NCBI RefSeq assembly: GCF_009914755.1
Contig: NC_060926.1
Source: the human T2T-CHM13v2.0 reference genome, Homo sapiens
DNA length: 64,000 bases
Direction: 5' to 3' (one strand)
Below the pieces are notes generated by a model. That model did not search any database, had not been told where the DNA came from, and saw only the letters and a program-made list of their open reading frames with translations. This document shows positions 1 to 13,200 of the stretch, one piece after another (position 1 is the stretch's first letter; each line of letters opens with the position of its first letter). The translations under genes and the position numbers were made by a program.

Positions 1-413
1 AGTACACTAGGATTTATAAACAGCTGATTTTAATAAAATCTTTTAATACTTTATGCAAAATTTAGGTTTACTAACAAAATCATGTGCCACATTCATCTCC
101 ACATTCCCACACATTTACCCACAGTTATATACTAGGTTACAGTTTTATAACATATTTAGAACCTGATTTTATAGTTCCCACCTAGGCAAAAACCTCACCT
201 ATTTAAGATTTTTACTGGAGAATGAAACATAATCTTAGAAAATTCGGCAATGCTTATTCATTCACGTGTATTTTTATCTGATTAGCCATTAGAGGAATCT
301 AGATTGTTTTTTGTGCTTCCAAATATCATAAAATTTAAAGGAAGTGCCATTTTAAGCATCTACTGTAAGTTCTCAAGTTCAAACCAATTCCTTCTCCTTG
401 CTATATTGTTACT

Positions 414-672
414 TATTTGATGATTTTGTTTTTGTTTTCAATTGAAAAGAACAACATTTTAGTAAGTTTTAACTCCTCCTCAAAGCCAGTCAAGTTTTCT
501 AAGAAGTATTTAAAGCTCACAGTCACTGTATTATTTCTATTTCGTGCTCATGCCAACATGTCCATGTGCACACTTACACGCATACACACAGAGTAAATAT
601 ATTTCTTTAGTTTTTAATATGTAAGGCTCCAAGAGAAGAGGAGACCAAGCGTAAACTTGTGGGTACTGACTA
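414..672. repeat. Source arm of a local inverted duplication (partner 2710-2959)
   Basis: 414-513 aligns ungapped to the reverse complement of 2860-2959 at 91/100 by manual alignment; the remainder aligns with indels. Confidence 0.93.
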
Positions 673-1896
673 TTCTTCACGTAGAGCCACTGCTTTCTCT
701 CTCTGCCGTGCTCATTCCTGAGCAGCACGTCAGGCCCTCTGCTGATTCCTGTAACGCGGACAGTCACACCTTCACACAGCCAGAGGATGAAGTGGACCCA
801 CATCCAGAGAGACATTTCTTAATCTGCCAGGAAGAGATCTTTATTGTCATACAATACTTTTCAATATTCTGCCGTGGGTGTGTTTCAGAGGTCTCAATGT
901 CAACCTAGACATCTTGGAATTTAGGAGAAGCTCTCTAATTTATTTCACAACACACATAAATTGTGCTCTGACCCTGAGTGACAAATTCCTGCACAGAACC
1001 TGAAAAGCTCTCTTAGACAATAGTTGGACTTTTTAGCTGGCTTTGAAAGAATTATGGAAAATAGATGTTTCATAGCCAGCAACTCTCTTGCATTATTCTC
1101 ATTGAAAGAGAGAACTTGAGGACTTATCAGAGAACTAACATTTTAAACAAAAATTATAGAGTATCCTAAATTGCTGAAACCACATCTCTAATTTAACAGC
1201 GAACATATTTAAGTGAAGATAAGCTAAAGGGTTTGGTAGTCATGGCAACATGATGTGAAAATATACCATGTCATTCAAGTCTATTAGAAAAAAATAAATT
1301 ATTATGCCAAAGGTTTTTGTTGCTACTTTAAATACTGACTGTAAAGGAGGAAAGAAAAGAAGAAGAGAAGAGAGGGGCAAGGATTATATTTAACAATTTT
1401 TTATTAGGAAAATACTGGTTTGAAAATAACATGATCTAAATTCTAAATACATTTGACTAAAAACAAAATTGATATTAAAAATAAAGAACATGGAAGAAAA
1501 ATAAAAAACAAATATGCTTCCTTACAAAAATGTGTTAAATCTGTTTCCTTCAAAAAAAGAATCTAGAAGTGGAGAATAATTTCATGTTTTTCACCATTTA
1601 AATGAATTGCTTTTAGAACACACAATTTTTGACTATTCATATGAGAAACAAAACCCCAAAAGCACAACTTTAAATAAATTTAAACAAATATACAAACTAG
1701 TCAGAGCCTTATTCAAAATCATACGATAGGCGATTAAATTGAAATTATTGCAGATAGTTTAAGGTACCGAGAGTCAAAAATAGAAATCGTCCAAATTTTA
1801 TATTCATTAAAAATCCCAGCTAATATTTTTGAGGTCTGTTCTTAACTTTTTTCTATGCTAGAAATTCATAGCTAGCTGTGAATTTTTTTCTTATAA

Positions 1897-1944
1897 AATA
1901 TAATCACACTATACATATTGTAATATAATCACACTATACATATT
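1897..1944. repeat. Short tandem duplication, period 25
   Basis: AATATAATCACACTATACATATT occurs at 1897 and at 1922. Confidence 0.85.
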
Positions 1945-1964
1945 TGTCTACAGTTTGATAGCTT

Positions 1965-2100
1965 AAAAATCTGGCTTTGATATCAGATACACTTGGATTC
2001 TAGACTCAGCTCTCAGTCCCATTTCTGAAGGTGTGTTTTGGGGCCCATCTGAGCCTCATTTCCCTTATATGAAAAAGAGGACATAATAAAAGCACCTTAG
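1965..2100 (+). mobile_element. MIR SINE fragment
   Basis: ctggctttga..tcagatacacttggattc..ctgagcctcatttcccttatatgaaaa resembles the MIR core. Confidence 0.6.
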
Positions 2101-2109
2101 CAAAGGACC

Positions 2110-3390
2110 ATTGTCAGACCAAAATATATCAAATGGAATGAAAAAGACAATCAATAGATACTAAAACAGATCTGGCATAATGTGAGAATTTTCTGCCAAA
2201 GATTTTAAAGCAGCTGTCATAAAAATGCTTCAACAAGCAATTACGAACACACTTAAAACAAATGAAAAAATAAGAGTCTTGGCAAAAAATTAAAAGTCTC
2301 ATCAAAAAATATAAAATATGAAGAAGGACTGAATGGAAATTTTAGAACTGAAAAATACAATAATGAAATTTTTAAAACTCGATAGGTGGCTTAACAATAG
2401 AATGGAGGGGACAGGAAAAATCAGTTAAAGGTGGAGCAATAAAAGTTACTCAGTCTGAACAACAGAGAGAAAATCAACTAAAAAAAATGAACAGAGTCTC
2501 AGGGACATGTGGGACTAATACAAAAAAAACTAACATCTTTATCATCAGAGTCTTAGAACTAGAGAAAAAAGGGGCCCAAACTGAAAAAGCATTCAAATAA
2601 ATAATGGCTGAAATTTTCCCAAATTTGACCCAAAACCCCACAAACCTATAGATTTATGAAACTGAGCAAAACCCCAAATAGGATAGGCCTAAAGAAATTC
2701 ATAACACTGTAGTCAGCATCCACAAGTTTATACTTGTTCACCTCTTTTCTGGGAGCCTTGTGTATTTACTATGTGTGTATGTGTGTACATGTGCACACAG
2801 ACATGTTGACATGAACCTGGAACAGAACCAACACAGTGACTTTGCACACTCCACATTACTTAAATACTTTTTAGAAAATTTGACTGGCTTTGGGGAGGAG
2901 TCAAATCTTACTAAAATATTGCTGTTTTCAATTGAAAATAAAAACAAAATCATCAAATAGAAACGCCATAGTCAAACCTCGCCCCCAAAAAGACCAAAAA
3001 AAAAAAAAAAAATCCTTGAAAGCAACAACAGGGAAATGCATTACTTATAGAGCAAAACAGTTTGAATGACAGTGGATCTCTCATCAGAAACCATGGAGGC
3101 CAGAACACATTGTGAAAGTGCTGAAAGAAGAAAATAGCTAACAATCTGGAATCCTATATCCAGCAAAAATATCCTTCAGGAATGAAGAGGAAATCAAGAC
3201 ATTCTCAGATCAAGAAAATTAAGAAAACTTGTCACCAACAGACATACCTGAAAAGAATAATTACAGGAGGTTCTCCAAATAGAATGAAAAGAATAAAAGG
3301 AGGAATAGTGGAACATCCAGCAGGAAGAAAGAACATGGCAAGCAAAGATACCACTAAATACAATAGACTTTTCTTTTCCTCTTGAGTCTT
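2110..3390 (+). mobile_element. Old L1M LINE, ORF1 region, interrupted at ~2707-2959
   Basis: ORF1-type motifs: gaaattttagaactgaaaaatacaata, ataatggctgaaattttcccaaatttga, ctcatcagaaaccatggaggccaga, cctatatccagcaaaaatatccttcaggaatgaag. Confidence 0.85.
2710..2959. repeat. Inverted copy of 414-672 inserted within L1 ORF1
   Basis: Reverse-complement match to 414-672; L1 ORF1-like sequence resumes on both sides (aaagaaattcataaca | aaacgccatagtcaaac). Confidence 0.9.
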
Positions 3391-3424
3391 CAGGCAAGGG
3401 GTGAAGGACTGATCACCTTAAAAG

Positions 3425-3830
3425 GACTTCTGGATTCCAGAAGATAGGGGGAGCCATTTTAAGGTTGGAAGCAGAGGACTGGTGTGATCTGATCTGGCCT
3501 TTAAGAGGATCTTCCTGGCTGCTGTCGGGAAACCAGAGTCAAAGCAGCGAGACAGGCATATGATCACCCAGAATGAGATGACAGGGACCCAGACCAGGAT
3601 GTCTACAGAGAAGGGGATGAGACATGGTCTATTTCTGGATATATTTTGAGGGAAGAATCAACAGGATCTGCTGTTGCATTGATTGTAGAGGAAGACGGAA
3701 AGAGAGGTTTTGTTAAGGACTGTGCCAGGATTTCTGTTTCAACAACTGGAAGCATAAGGTTGGCATTACTTGATATTGAAAAGGCTTCTGGTAGAGCAGA
3801 AATGGGAATAAGGGAATGAGCTTCGTAAGA
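3425..3830 (-). mobile_element. L2 LINE fragment
   Basis: ggagccattttaagg..tgatctgatctggcctttaagaggatc..tctggatatattttgagggaagaatcaacaggatctgctg, typical of antisense L2. Confidence 0.75.
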
Positions 3831-4289
3831 AGACATCGAGAAGTAAATTTTGATAAAATTTAAATTCCTTAATTATGTTCTTATACAGACATGCAGAAAG
3901 CCACATTTATCTGTTTGCATATTAGAGACATCCTGAAATTTGGAGATTTGGAAATAGTCCAAACCATTAACTGTGATTTGAGCTATAGATAAACAATGAT
4001 TTATTACGAGAGAAAAATGACAAAAACAATCAATTTAAAATGTTGAAAATTTATGATTTAAAAAAATCAAAATAAATATTAATACTATAAAATATGAACA
4101 TTTATAAACATTATAAAACATCAAGTAAAAGTTAACTATAAAATATAAATGCTAAGCATAACTTAACATTCCAATGAAAATAATTACTCAGTAAAAGTAA
4201 TTACAAAATAGTTCAAAAATAAATTATTTATAAGTACAAATAAATAACATTTAACAAATAATTTTTAAAAAGAAAGTGAAGTAATATTT

Positions 4290-4830
4290 ATTTTTCAAAA
4301 GTGAAATCCTTAAAAAACATAATTGTCATTGTTGAGTTTTATTTTTGGTGCAGATTTTCTATTACAAGAAAGTCTTTCTGAACATAAAAGGGCTTAGGGA
4401 AGAGGGAAAACACAGTTATAAACCAATTCCAAATATTTTCCTGTGACTCCATTTTCAAACAATTCTGTGTCTTATTTGATACCTTCGGCAATCATTTTTA
4501 ACAACTTTCTGTTATTTACAAGAGCTGAAATAGTTTTATTGAGTGAAAGCTGCAATTGTGTTTCAAAGAATGTATTACCAATCTATCGTCCCTAGTTTCA
4601 TCACTATTCAATGCAGGGTCTACTTTTTAGAAAGTCTTTGATCTGAAGTAAGAATTATTTGTTCAATAGAAGCTTTGCTTTGCCAATTTTCATTGTTCTC
4701 TTCCCTTTGGAAATTATTTGCATGCAGAAGAATGCTTTCTAAGCAGGTGCGCCTTTGTTTATATAAAATTTTCATCAGTTTTTAACTCTCTGGCTGAATT
4801 GCAACATGGAAATGAGTCTTAATTTCATAG
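4290..4830 (-). mobile_element. Decayed hAT-superfamily transposase C-terminal coding relic
   Basis: Minus-strand translation across stops and frameshifts: KQRRTCLESILLH ... IK*DTELFENGVTGKYLELVYNCVFPLP*ALLCSERLS / KICTK..LCFLR, resembling the hAT dimerisation region (P.TS..SER.FS...CTK.R..L.....LCFLR). Confidence 0.6.
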
Positions 4831-7800
4831 TTTTTAAACGGGAAATAACAATAAGAATGCAAACAAAAATATCAGTATTTTAATTATTTAAAATATACAA
4901 AATACCAGAACATTTGAATATAAATAATTGATGTTTAAATTCAATGATAAGTAATTTTCCACTCTAGTATATTTTTAAGCAATTACAGCTAAACTTTTCA
5001 AAAACTAAAATCCTTATAAGTAGGTCTAGATCACTTTCCTGTTTCATTTGTTTCCTTCTTCAGAGCTGGTCAGAACTTTCATTTCTGTATGCATATGACC
5101 TTTGCTTCAAAGTGTATTTAATTTAAACTGGCTTCAAATGGCCCATTTAGTCCTTCCCATGTGGAATGGGCCTCTTTTTCTAATCACAAATAAACATCTT
5201 AAAGTGTTTTTACCTGTTTTGCTCACAACTAACATTGAAAAGTGACATTTGATTTTAACTGTGCAATCACTTTGTTTTCATCATCAAAACATATAATTAA
5301 AGGTTTACCTGTATTTTTTCACATTTAGTAAAAATTAATACCAACAAACTAAGATCATCACAAAAAAACTTATACAAATGGTATTGTGTCACCATGAATG
5401 AAAAGTTTTGACCTCTCAAAATTCACTAAAATCTTCAGGAGGACAGTTTTTGTCTGCTTTGTTCTCTGCTGTATCACCAGCACTTGCATTTTGTTGGTGC
5501 GTAGCAGATTTGCTAAATAAATGTTGTGTAATGTGTATTTGCTGTATTTGAGAATATTCAGTTCTTCTATGGAAGACTAAAAAATGAGATGAATGTGTTA
5601 AACATAAATAATTAATTTAGTAGCTTAAAAGGCATAGATAAAATGTATAAGCTGTGTTAGATAAAGATAACAAGTAGGCAGCTTGTGAAGCACAGGCAGG
5701 ACCTATAAGATGTGCATATATAAGTAAATAAGTAACCTACGAGGCATATTACTCGTACATAAAGTAAGTAGAGCTTGTAAGTACCTAATGTGCATCACAT
5801 GCTAAATATATGTGAGGCCTATGTGGGACATGTGCTCAATATTCATGTACATATTAGTTGGCCTTCCTTGAGTGGCACACATTTTAGCAAATAAAACCCA
5901 TTGCTGCTCATTAGGCTAATTAGTAACCTCTAGCTGTGGCCAGGTGTATTTGCCTCTGTTGTAAGATGTGTATGTTGGTCTAGGCACCTTCCAACTGCCA
6001 GGTACCATTTGCTCACACCTCGTCCTTGATCCTCATGACCACACAATTAGCAGGAAGAGAGAGAGTGGATATATAACATCATATAATCCAAAATTAAGGC
6101 AGCAGACTCCTGCTCTGCTTGCACTTTTCCTACCCATCTCTTGCCTCTTTCTTCTATGTGTTTAAATTGAGTCAATGAACCAAGTGAGTCAGGCATCTTA
6201 ATTTGGTCTATGAGCCTTTCTATTCCATGGCCTTTGGGGTAATTTGCGTAATCATGTACTTAGAGTCTACCTTGCATCATATCCCATATGGCATAATTTC
6301 CATGATATTAGTATATGTGTAAATATGTATCACTTTGTAATAAAAAGAGCATGCATACTCATTTTTAAAAAATTTTAGAGCTCAGCACAATTCCCCCTTA
6401 TTTCCACTGAATTGGTTTGAGAACTAACATGCATTTATTAACTTGATGCAAGCTTTGTAAGTGCCCTGTGGTTTAAATTTTATGTCTTTCTTTGCACTTA
6501 AACAGATATTTTCACTTTAATGGGCTTGGATATATTTCTGATTAATAATAACAATAATAGAACTTTTCAAGAGTTTTAAAATAACTCCAAATCATGAAAA
6601 TCAAATGCCAAGTGTCATCTACTCAGTAACATAACTACAAATAAATGATTTTTTAAAATTATCTTAATTTTTTTAATCACTGGGGCTCTGCTATTTTAAC
6701 TCAGTGAATTCTTCATGGCCTGTGGATAATCTGGGAGAAAACTGATGAGATGGGCTCTTCTTTCAAGTTCCCCAGATATGCAATTCAGGCCAATTTCCAA
6801 CAAGTTTGATGAGCCAAGGAAATGAAGGAAGACTGCAAGAACTCAAGCTGACAGCATTATAAGTAAAATTATAGCCCTTGAGGAAGCAAGAGCAACATTA
6901 GGGTTGCTGAACTCGTGATTGAATCTTCTGGGGCTCTCAGTGGGAGCATTGAGATGTTGGTAAGCCAAATGAGAATTCACAACACAAGAGTGCCCAAGGT
7001 CCCGGTGCAATACCCTTTACAGAGTATGGGGAAATGATTACCTAATTTCAGTATTTCAAGAGGCTCTTTTTGAAGAGCCACACTTGAAATTGAATACCAA
7101 CTTGAAAAACAGTGGGAGATAGAAACAAAAAAAGAGATGTCAGCAGATGTTGCACCAGATGCCAATGAGTGTGGCAGTCTCTCAAAATAGCCTAGGAAGC
7201 AGGAACTTGATGTTAAAAGGCAGAGACCCTTGTGCTTTTCCCATTTTAAAGCCCCGTAGGAAAAGATTCAGTGAGCTTCAACAAGATTGAATAGACAAGG
7301 GAATCAATAGAACTGTAGGCTTCATCCAACCTCATGAGAGTGGCAAACACTGTCTGCTGTAAGATGCTCAATCTACAGTCTTTTGCAGAAACTGTTATTT
7401 GGGGGAAAGAAATTCTCAGAGTGATGCCTCATAAATAGGAAAAAAGAAAGAAAATGCCCCTTTTACAAACTCAATACACTAATGATAAGTTCAGATATTT
7501 CACTTTGCTAATTGACACTATGGATGTCTACACTTTCTAAATTTGACGTGCTATCTGTTCTCTTTACTGCATTTGGTACTATAGATTATCCCCTACTTGA
7601 AATGGTCTCTTCCCTGTTCTTCTATAACACTCCATGATTCTGAACCATCTCCAACCCTCTCAGATTTCTATTTCTTCTACCATATCAGTTAGCTATTGCT
7701 GTATAATAGACCACCCCATAACACAGAGGCTTAACACAATTTATTACTTCTCCCAGTTCTACTAGTTAGCTGGTCTGAGCTGGGCAGTTCTTCTTTTCCG

Positions 7801-7939
7801 TGTGCCGTTGTCTGGGGTTCCTTATGCAGCTATATTCACTGAGAGCTCAGCTGGGACTGGACCATCAAAGATGGCCTCACTCACATGTTTGGAAAAGCTA
7901 TGGTGACTGGAGCAGGTTAAGGTTGGCTAGGTTCTTTTT

Positions 7940-8078
7940 GGCACCAATCCCATTCATGAGGGCTTTACCCTCATGATCTAATTACCTCCCAGAGGCCCCC
8001 CTCCTAATACCATCACATTAGGGGTTAGGGTTTCAATGTATAAATTCTGTAGGGATATAAACACTTGGTTTATTGCAG
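7940..8078. mobile_element. MST/MLT1A-type LTR terminal fragment
   Basis: gcaccaatcccattcatgagggc..cctcatgatctaattacctcccagaggcccc..aataccatcacattaggggttagg. Confidence 0.8.
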
Positions 8079-8079
8079 G

Positions 8080-8420
8080 CATAATTCTCAGAAATTGTAT
8101 AGCCAAAGACTGAATAAGTAGGTAATGGATTATTTTGCCAGCTTTTTACTTTCTGTGGAGTTGAATGATAATTTAAGTTTCAATTAATAGATCATTTAAA
8201 ATTTTGTTGTTAGATATTTATTTTTGGCTTATACCTCAAGAGAGGTCAAATAATCAAGTGAAATTACTGTAACAAAACTTCCTCCATTTTGTTAACTTAA
8301 CTATGTAAACAAGGCTCTCAATGTTTTCTATCTAAAGAACTAAAAATCAGAGTAGAATTGATGCTGAAATTTATCTCATTCTAGCAAAGAATAATTATTC
8401 AATAATCTGTGAAATAATAA
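8080..8420 (+). mobile_element. hAT-Charlie transposase 3' fragment
   Basis: aacaaaacttcctccattt..tatgtaaacaaggctctca..agtagaattgatgctgaa..tctcattctagcaa matches the recalled Charlie C-terminal coding region. Confidence 0.65.
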
Positions 8421-8799
8421 ATTTTAAAGAAAAAGTAAGAAAAAAAAGTTGGCTAGGCCTTTTCTGTTCATCAAGGAGAAGGCACAAGCCACTAAGATAA
8501 CAAAAATGGAAGCTGCATGACTTTCCAAGGTCTAGGTATAAAGTTCTTTAGTGTTATTTCCACCACATTCTGTTGGTGAAAGCAGGTGGCCAGATTCAAG
8601 GGGCAGCCGAGATTCAAGGTCAAAGACCCTACCTCTTAATGGTGGTAATGGCAAAAAAATTTGCAGTCTCTTTATAAAGCACTTTCATCTACTCCTTTTT
8701 GTCTTTCCAATCAATATGTATTTCCATTGCTGAAGAGTTGAATCTTAACTGTCTACTTCTCTCTTTTTAAATTTCTTTGCTTAGATAACTTCATCTGAA

Positions 8800-9300
8800 A
8801 ACTCTTTTAAGTATTACCCAACACCTCCTGCAGTCTGACCATTCTGGATTGCTCTTGTTCCCATGCTCTCTCAATTGAGCTCTGCCCAAAACCTTCTCTA
8901 CCTTATCACTCCTGTCTTCTCATCTGATTCATTTCTAATCTTCTTATAGGTCTCAAATTAAGCATCAGTTCTTTTAGAATGATCATCCAAATCAGAAGTA
9001 AGTTTTACTCTATGGACTCCAATAGCATTCCATTTTCTCTCTTATTCTCAAATTCAGTTCACTCTGGGATGACAGGTTCTAATTTGTATATCAGCACTCC
9101 TGATCTAGATTATTGGATAATCTTCTACCTTTTGTTCCTATTTCCTGGCTGTTTCTTACTAATCATTCCCCAAGTGATTAATTATTGGTTATCTTTAGTC
9201 AATCATTAATCTTTGAGAAAAGAGTTTTTACCATAACACTCAGAGTAGGTAATGAACATATATTTGATGAACAAGCAAGTTAATGAATTAATAAATTTAC
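8800..9300 (+). mobile_element. L2 3' fragment
   Basis: tcttataggtctcaaattaagcatc..agtaggtaatgaacatatatttgatgaac..aatgaattaa, L2 tail-like. Confidence 0.5.
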
Positions 9301-9529
9301 AAACTCTTGCTTAAAACTCTTCAGTTGCTCTTGTTTACTAAAATGTAAATCTGTACTCCTCAGCCTTACCAGGGAAATCGCTTCATAACCTGACTTCCCT
9401 ATACGTCTAAGAATATTTCCTGCTGTTTATCAAATGCACCCTTAGCTTTCATTTTCTTTCTCAACACAATTATTTTTATTACTGCTTCTGCCTTTTAACC
9501 TTTGTGATCCCACTTGATGAATTCTTTCA

Positions 9530-9990
9530 GATACAGGTCAGAATCCAAATTAAAGTCTGAAATGACAGTGACTTAAGTTGGGAAGCTATTTCTTTCTTAA
9601 ATAATAATCAACACATAATGATTCTAGGGCTAATACTACCAGCCCATGGTGTTAGAAACTTCACATCTTCCTATTCTCAACCAGCAGCTTTCATCTCATG
9701 ACCTACGATGGCTACCGTTGCTCCCACCGTCATGTCTGCATTCCAACCAGAGGGAAAGGAGGCAGGGGAAGTGACAGTTGTATACTGTCTGTTGTGTATT
9801 TTCTTTTTTAAGAAGTTATACACATCCCTTAGATCATATTTCACTGGCTAGAATGCAAGCACATGGCCACACGTTGCAACAAGGAAAAATAGCCTTTAAC
9901 TGGCATCCATGTGCCCTACCACATTTTGAGGATTCTATTCCTAAAGAATGAAAGAATGGACATTGGAATAAAAAGTTGTCCCTGTCACAC
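9530..9990. mobile_element. MLT1J/K-type MaLR LTR
   Basis: gatggctaccgttgctcccaccgtcatgtctgcattccaacc..tttcactggctagaatg..cacatggccacac. Confidence 0.7.
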
Positions 9991-10034
9991 TTTTAAACAT
10001 ATACTTATTATATATAGATTTCAAAACCTAACTT

Positions 10035-10265
10035 ACATTCTGGAGTTGGACAGAGTAACATAAAAATACCAGTTCTGCCTTTTCTGCCTTTTATTAGTTG
10101 TGAGACCTTAGGCAAATTATTTAACATCTTAGTCTCATTGGTAAGAGGCAAAAAAAAAAAAAAAAAAAAAAAATACCTACCTGTCAAAGCTATCAAGAGG
10201 AATAAGACATGTAAAATACCTAGCACTGTATCTGACATGTAGTAGGTGCTCAATTAATGATGGTT
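10035..10265 (+). mobile_element. MIR with an internal poly(A) expansion (10151-10173)
   Basis: tagttgtgagaccttaggcaaattatttaac..tacctagcactgtatctgacatgtagtaggtgctcaat. Confidence 0.8.
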
Positions 10266-13200
10266 ACTATGGTGATTATGTTGTACTACTTTCTTCATTA
10301 AAGCTTTGCTGACTGTCTTAACCCTCAAGGAATGCCTTGTCCTTATATTCCAGTTTTACACATTTAGCAATCAGTTCCATACCATCAAACAGGTCTGCCC
10401 TAGTTTCCTATGTAGTGTTACTCTCTCTCCAATTAAGAACAGACATGATATCATCTCAGTTCTATAGACTTTTCCCACTTTGCCAACCTCACATATAATA
10501 AAATATTTGGTCAAATTATATCCGAACAGAAGTTAATGTAGGACAACCTCAAGCTGGGAATCAAAAGACAAGAACGCATCATGATGTAAATGGTAACATA
10601 AATAATAGCAGTATTGTATAGCAGGTTTCTATAGATATTGACACTTCCAAGAAGACTCGTCCATCTCTTCTATCAAGAGATGAGTCTTGGCAGCAACAGC
10701 TGTTGATTGATTTAATCTGAGTTTGGGGACTTAGTATCCCTGGGCCTCTGTTTTATAATCTACAAAAACAGGTATAGTGATTCCTAACACATTGGGTTAT
10801 TGTGAGGATTAAATCAGTGAAGGCACATAAATTACTTTGCATGCTGTCTTGAACACAGTAAGAGTTTAATAATCTTGAGCAGTTGTTCCTGTTTCTGTTG
10901 TTCATGCATTGCTCTCAAGGCAGATATTGCCTTGACTGACTGATTCAGATGTGGTAGACCTCAAAAAAGGCACAGCATTGCCCTGGATTAAATAAAATTG
11001 AACATATTATATAGAAATAACTATGTTTTGAAAATAAGTGGTTGTAACAATTATATGCCCACTTGCAAAGTTTGAATACAATCAGTGACGTTGCTCATGA
11101 TTAGAGGATTGGTTGAGATGAATAAACAAGGAGTGAATTAGCTGGGAAAAGAAGCCATGCCATGAATGCCCATGCAATTGTGAAGGACCAGTTCCTTTCA
11201 TCCTAGCATCAAAGCTCCACACCTGGGCTGTGATGGTTGTTTGCATTCCAATAAGATGGCTGCATTGGGCAATTTGTGGTCCTGTTCAACAAGGTAACCC
11301 AACTGTCTCTGGTTTCCCATTTGAGAAATATGCTCAGTCTCCTACACTGATGGATTCTTCCACACAACAATACAGCTTGCTATCACTTACAAGGAGTTTG
11401 TCAGTGAGTCCTAGTTTATGTGCCTGTCTCAGTAACAAAACCTTCATTTACAATTAAAATTAAGACTTAATTTCTGCCCTCTAGGAGCTAACAGATAGTG
11501 AGAATTAACCAGGAAATCAAGTATTATGATACCTAAGTATTCCAATGGAAGTAGGTACTGATTGTTTGAAAAGGAAAAAAAGTATCAGCCGAGAGATGCC
11601 ACACATTTTTCCCATGAGAGCATAGCTCAAGAAGCAGATAAGTGAAAGCATTGATTAGGTTGATCCTTGAAAACAAACAAACAAACAAGCGAAGTGGAAG
11701 TGAGCTAGGCGGTCATGAGGAAATCACAGTTTTACCATTTGAATTGATATTTTACCCATCAAAACATTTGCCTCAGAAACACTTAAGTTGTGCAATTTCA
11801 GTGGTGTCTTATCTCCTAAAGAAAAGCTTTTAAAAATTTAAATTATGTAGCATTGGAAATGTATTTATTTTCTGAGTATTATCATGATTGCACTTCATAA
11901 CTGTGAATTTTAAAAAGACCATGTTTATTTATGCCAGCGCTATGGTTTCTGGGCTGGTCTTAGGAAGCTTGATGGTTCTGTAGGGAGTTAACATCACTTA
12001 ACCGCATGGTTTTGCAAATTAGTAGTTCTATGGAAAGAAGGAAAGTATTTTGAAACATCTTGGTCATTGTGGATATTTTGTTTATAAGCAACTCAAGGTT
12101 GTGGTTGGAATTTTATTTATGGCTCATTAAGCCATACTTTCAGGTTCAAAAATGCTCTGAGAAATAAACTTAGTGAGGAAAAGATACAAAATTATTTTTA
12201 AAGCATTTATTTTAAGATCATCTCCTTCCTATTTTGCAATCTGTTAGTGTGTTAATGGATTTAAATGAAAAAAGATGTAAAAAATGGAGATTAGAGATTA
12301 TCTCCCTCAAAGTCCCTCACTTTACAAATGATCACGGCAATTCAAAGTTAAGGTATCTACCCAATCCAGGCAGAGAGGCAGGAACCAAGCCGGAGAGGTC
12401 ACCCAACTACCAGTCCCCTGTGCTCTTTTCCACACCATATTGTCATTTCTGATTAAGGGGCAAAGAAAATGAGATAGACTTACTGGCTTTTATTTTAGAG
12501 CTTCTGAAAGTTACATGAAGCACAAGACTTTGACAAGTTTGTTCAAGGGTAAGCTATTCCAAAAAATCTTGTTGAAATAGAAATGTTAGAGGATGATTAT
12601 GCACAATAAAATAACTAACAAACAAAACACTGCCGTTCAATAAGTCTTTGGCCTCTGGAGGTTTGACATTTGCGTTTTTGACCCTGATGGCCCATCACAT
12701 GCTCTTAGGCAGGAATTTTGAACTTTTCAGAACAGCTGAATTTTTCTCTACTTATCATTGAATACATAATAAATCTTCAGAGGATACTGTTTGTGGAATT
12801 TCCATCCCCAAAGGGAAGCCACCTTTAATGTTCAGAACAAAAATGACGAGAGAATAAAGAGATCTTAAAAGAAAACAGTTTTTCTTAGTATGAAAATAAT
12901 TTTTAACATATTTTATTCAATATCTAAAGAACCCATCAGGAGCCAAAAGGGAATTTCTAACTTTTTCGGTTACGGGAAAGATACCACAGGATTACTGTGA
13001 ATTTGCAAAGATCTGGAGGGTTTTCCCCACTCTGAGGTATCAGTAATAAGTGGTTTTTTAATGGTATTAAAATAATAATTGATTTTGTTTTTTTCTCACA
13101 GTTAATAATGACTCTTTAGCAGAGGCATATCTTTATAAAGATAGGTTTGTAAACATTTATATAACATCGCCTTAAAGAAGTTGTTGCAGGAAGGGTACAA

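Larger units (their letters stand above)
7685..8670. mobile_element. MaLR (MLT1-type) LTR split in two by an insertion at ~7938-8447
   Basis: tcagttagctattgctgtataatagaccacccc..gctgggcagttcttc on the left; ccaccacattctgttgg..ggccagattcaagggg..cctacctcttaatgg on the right. Confidence 0.7.
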
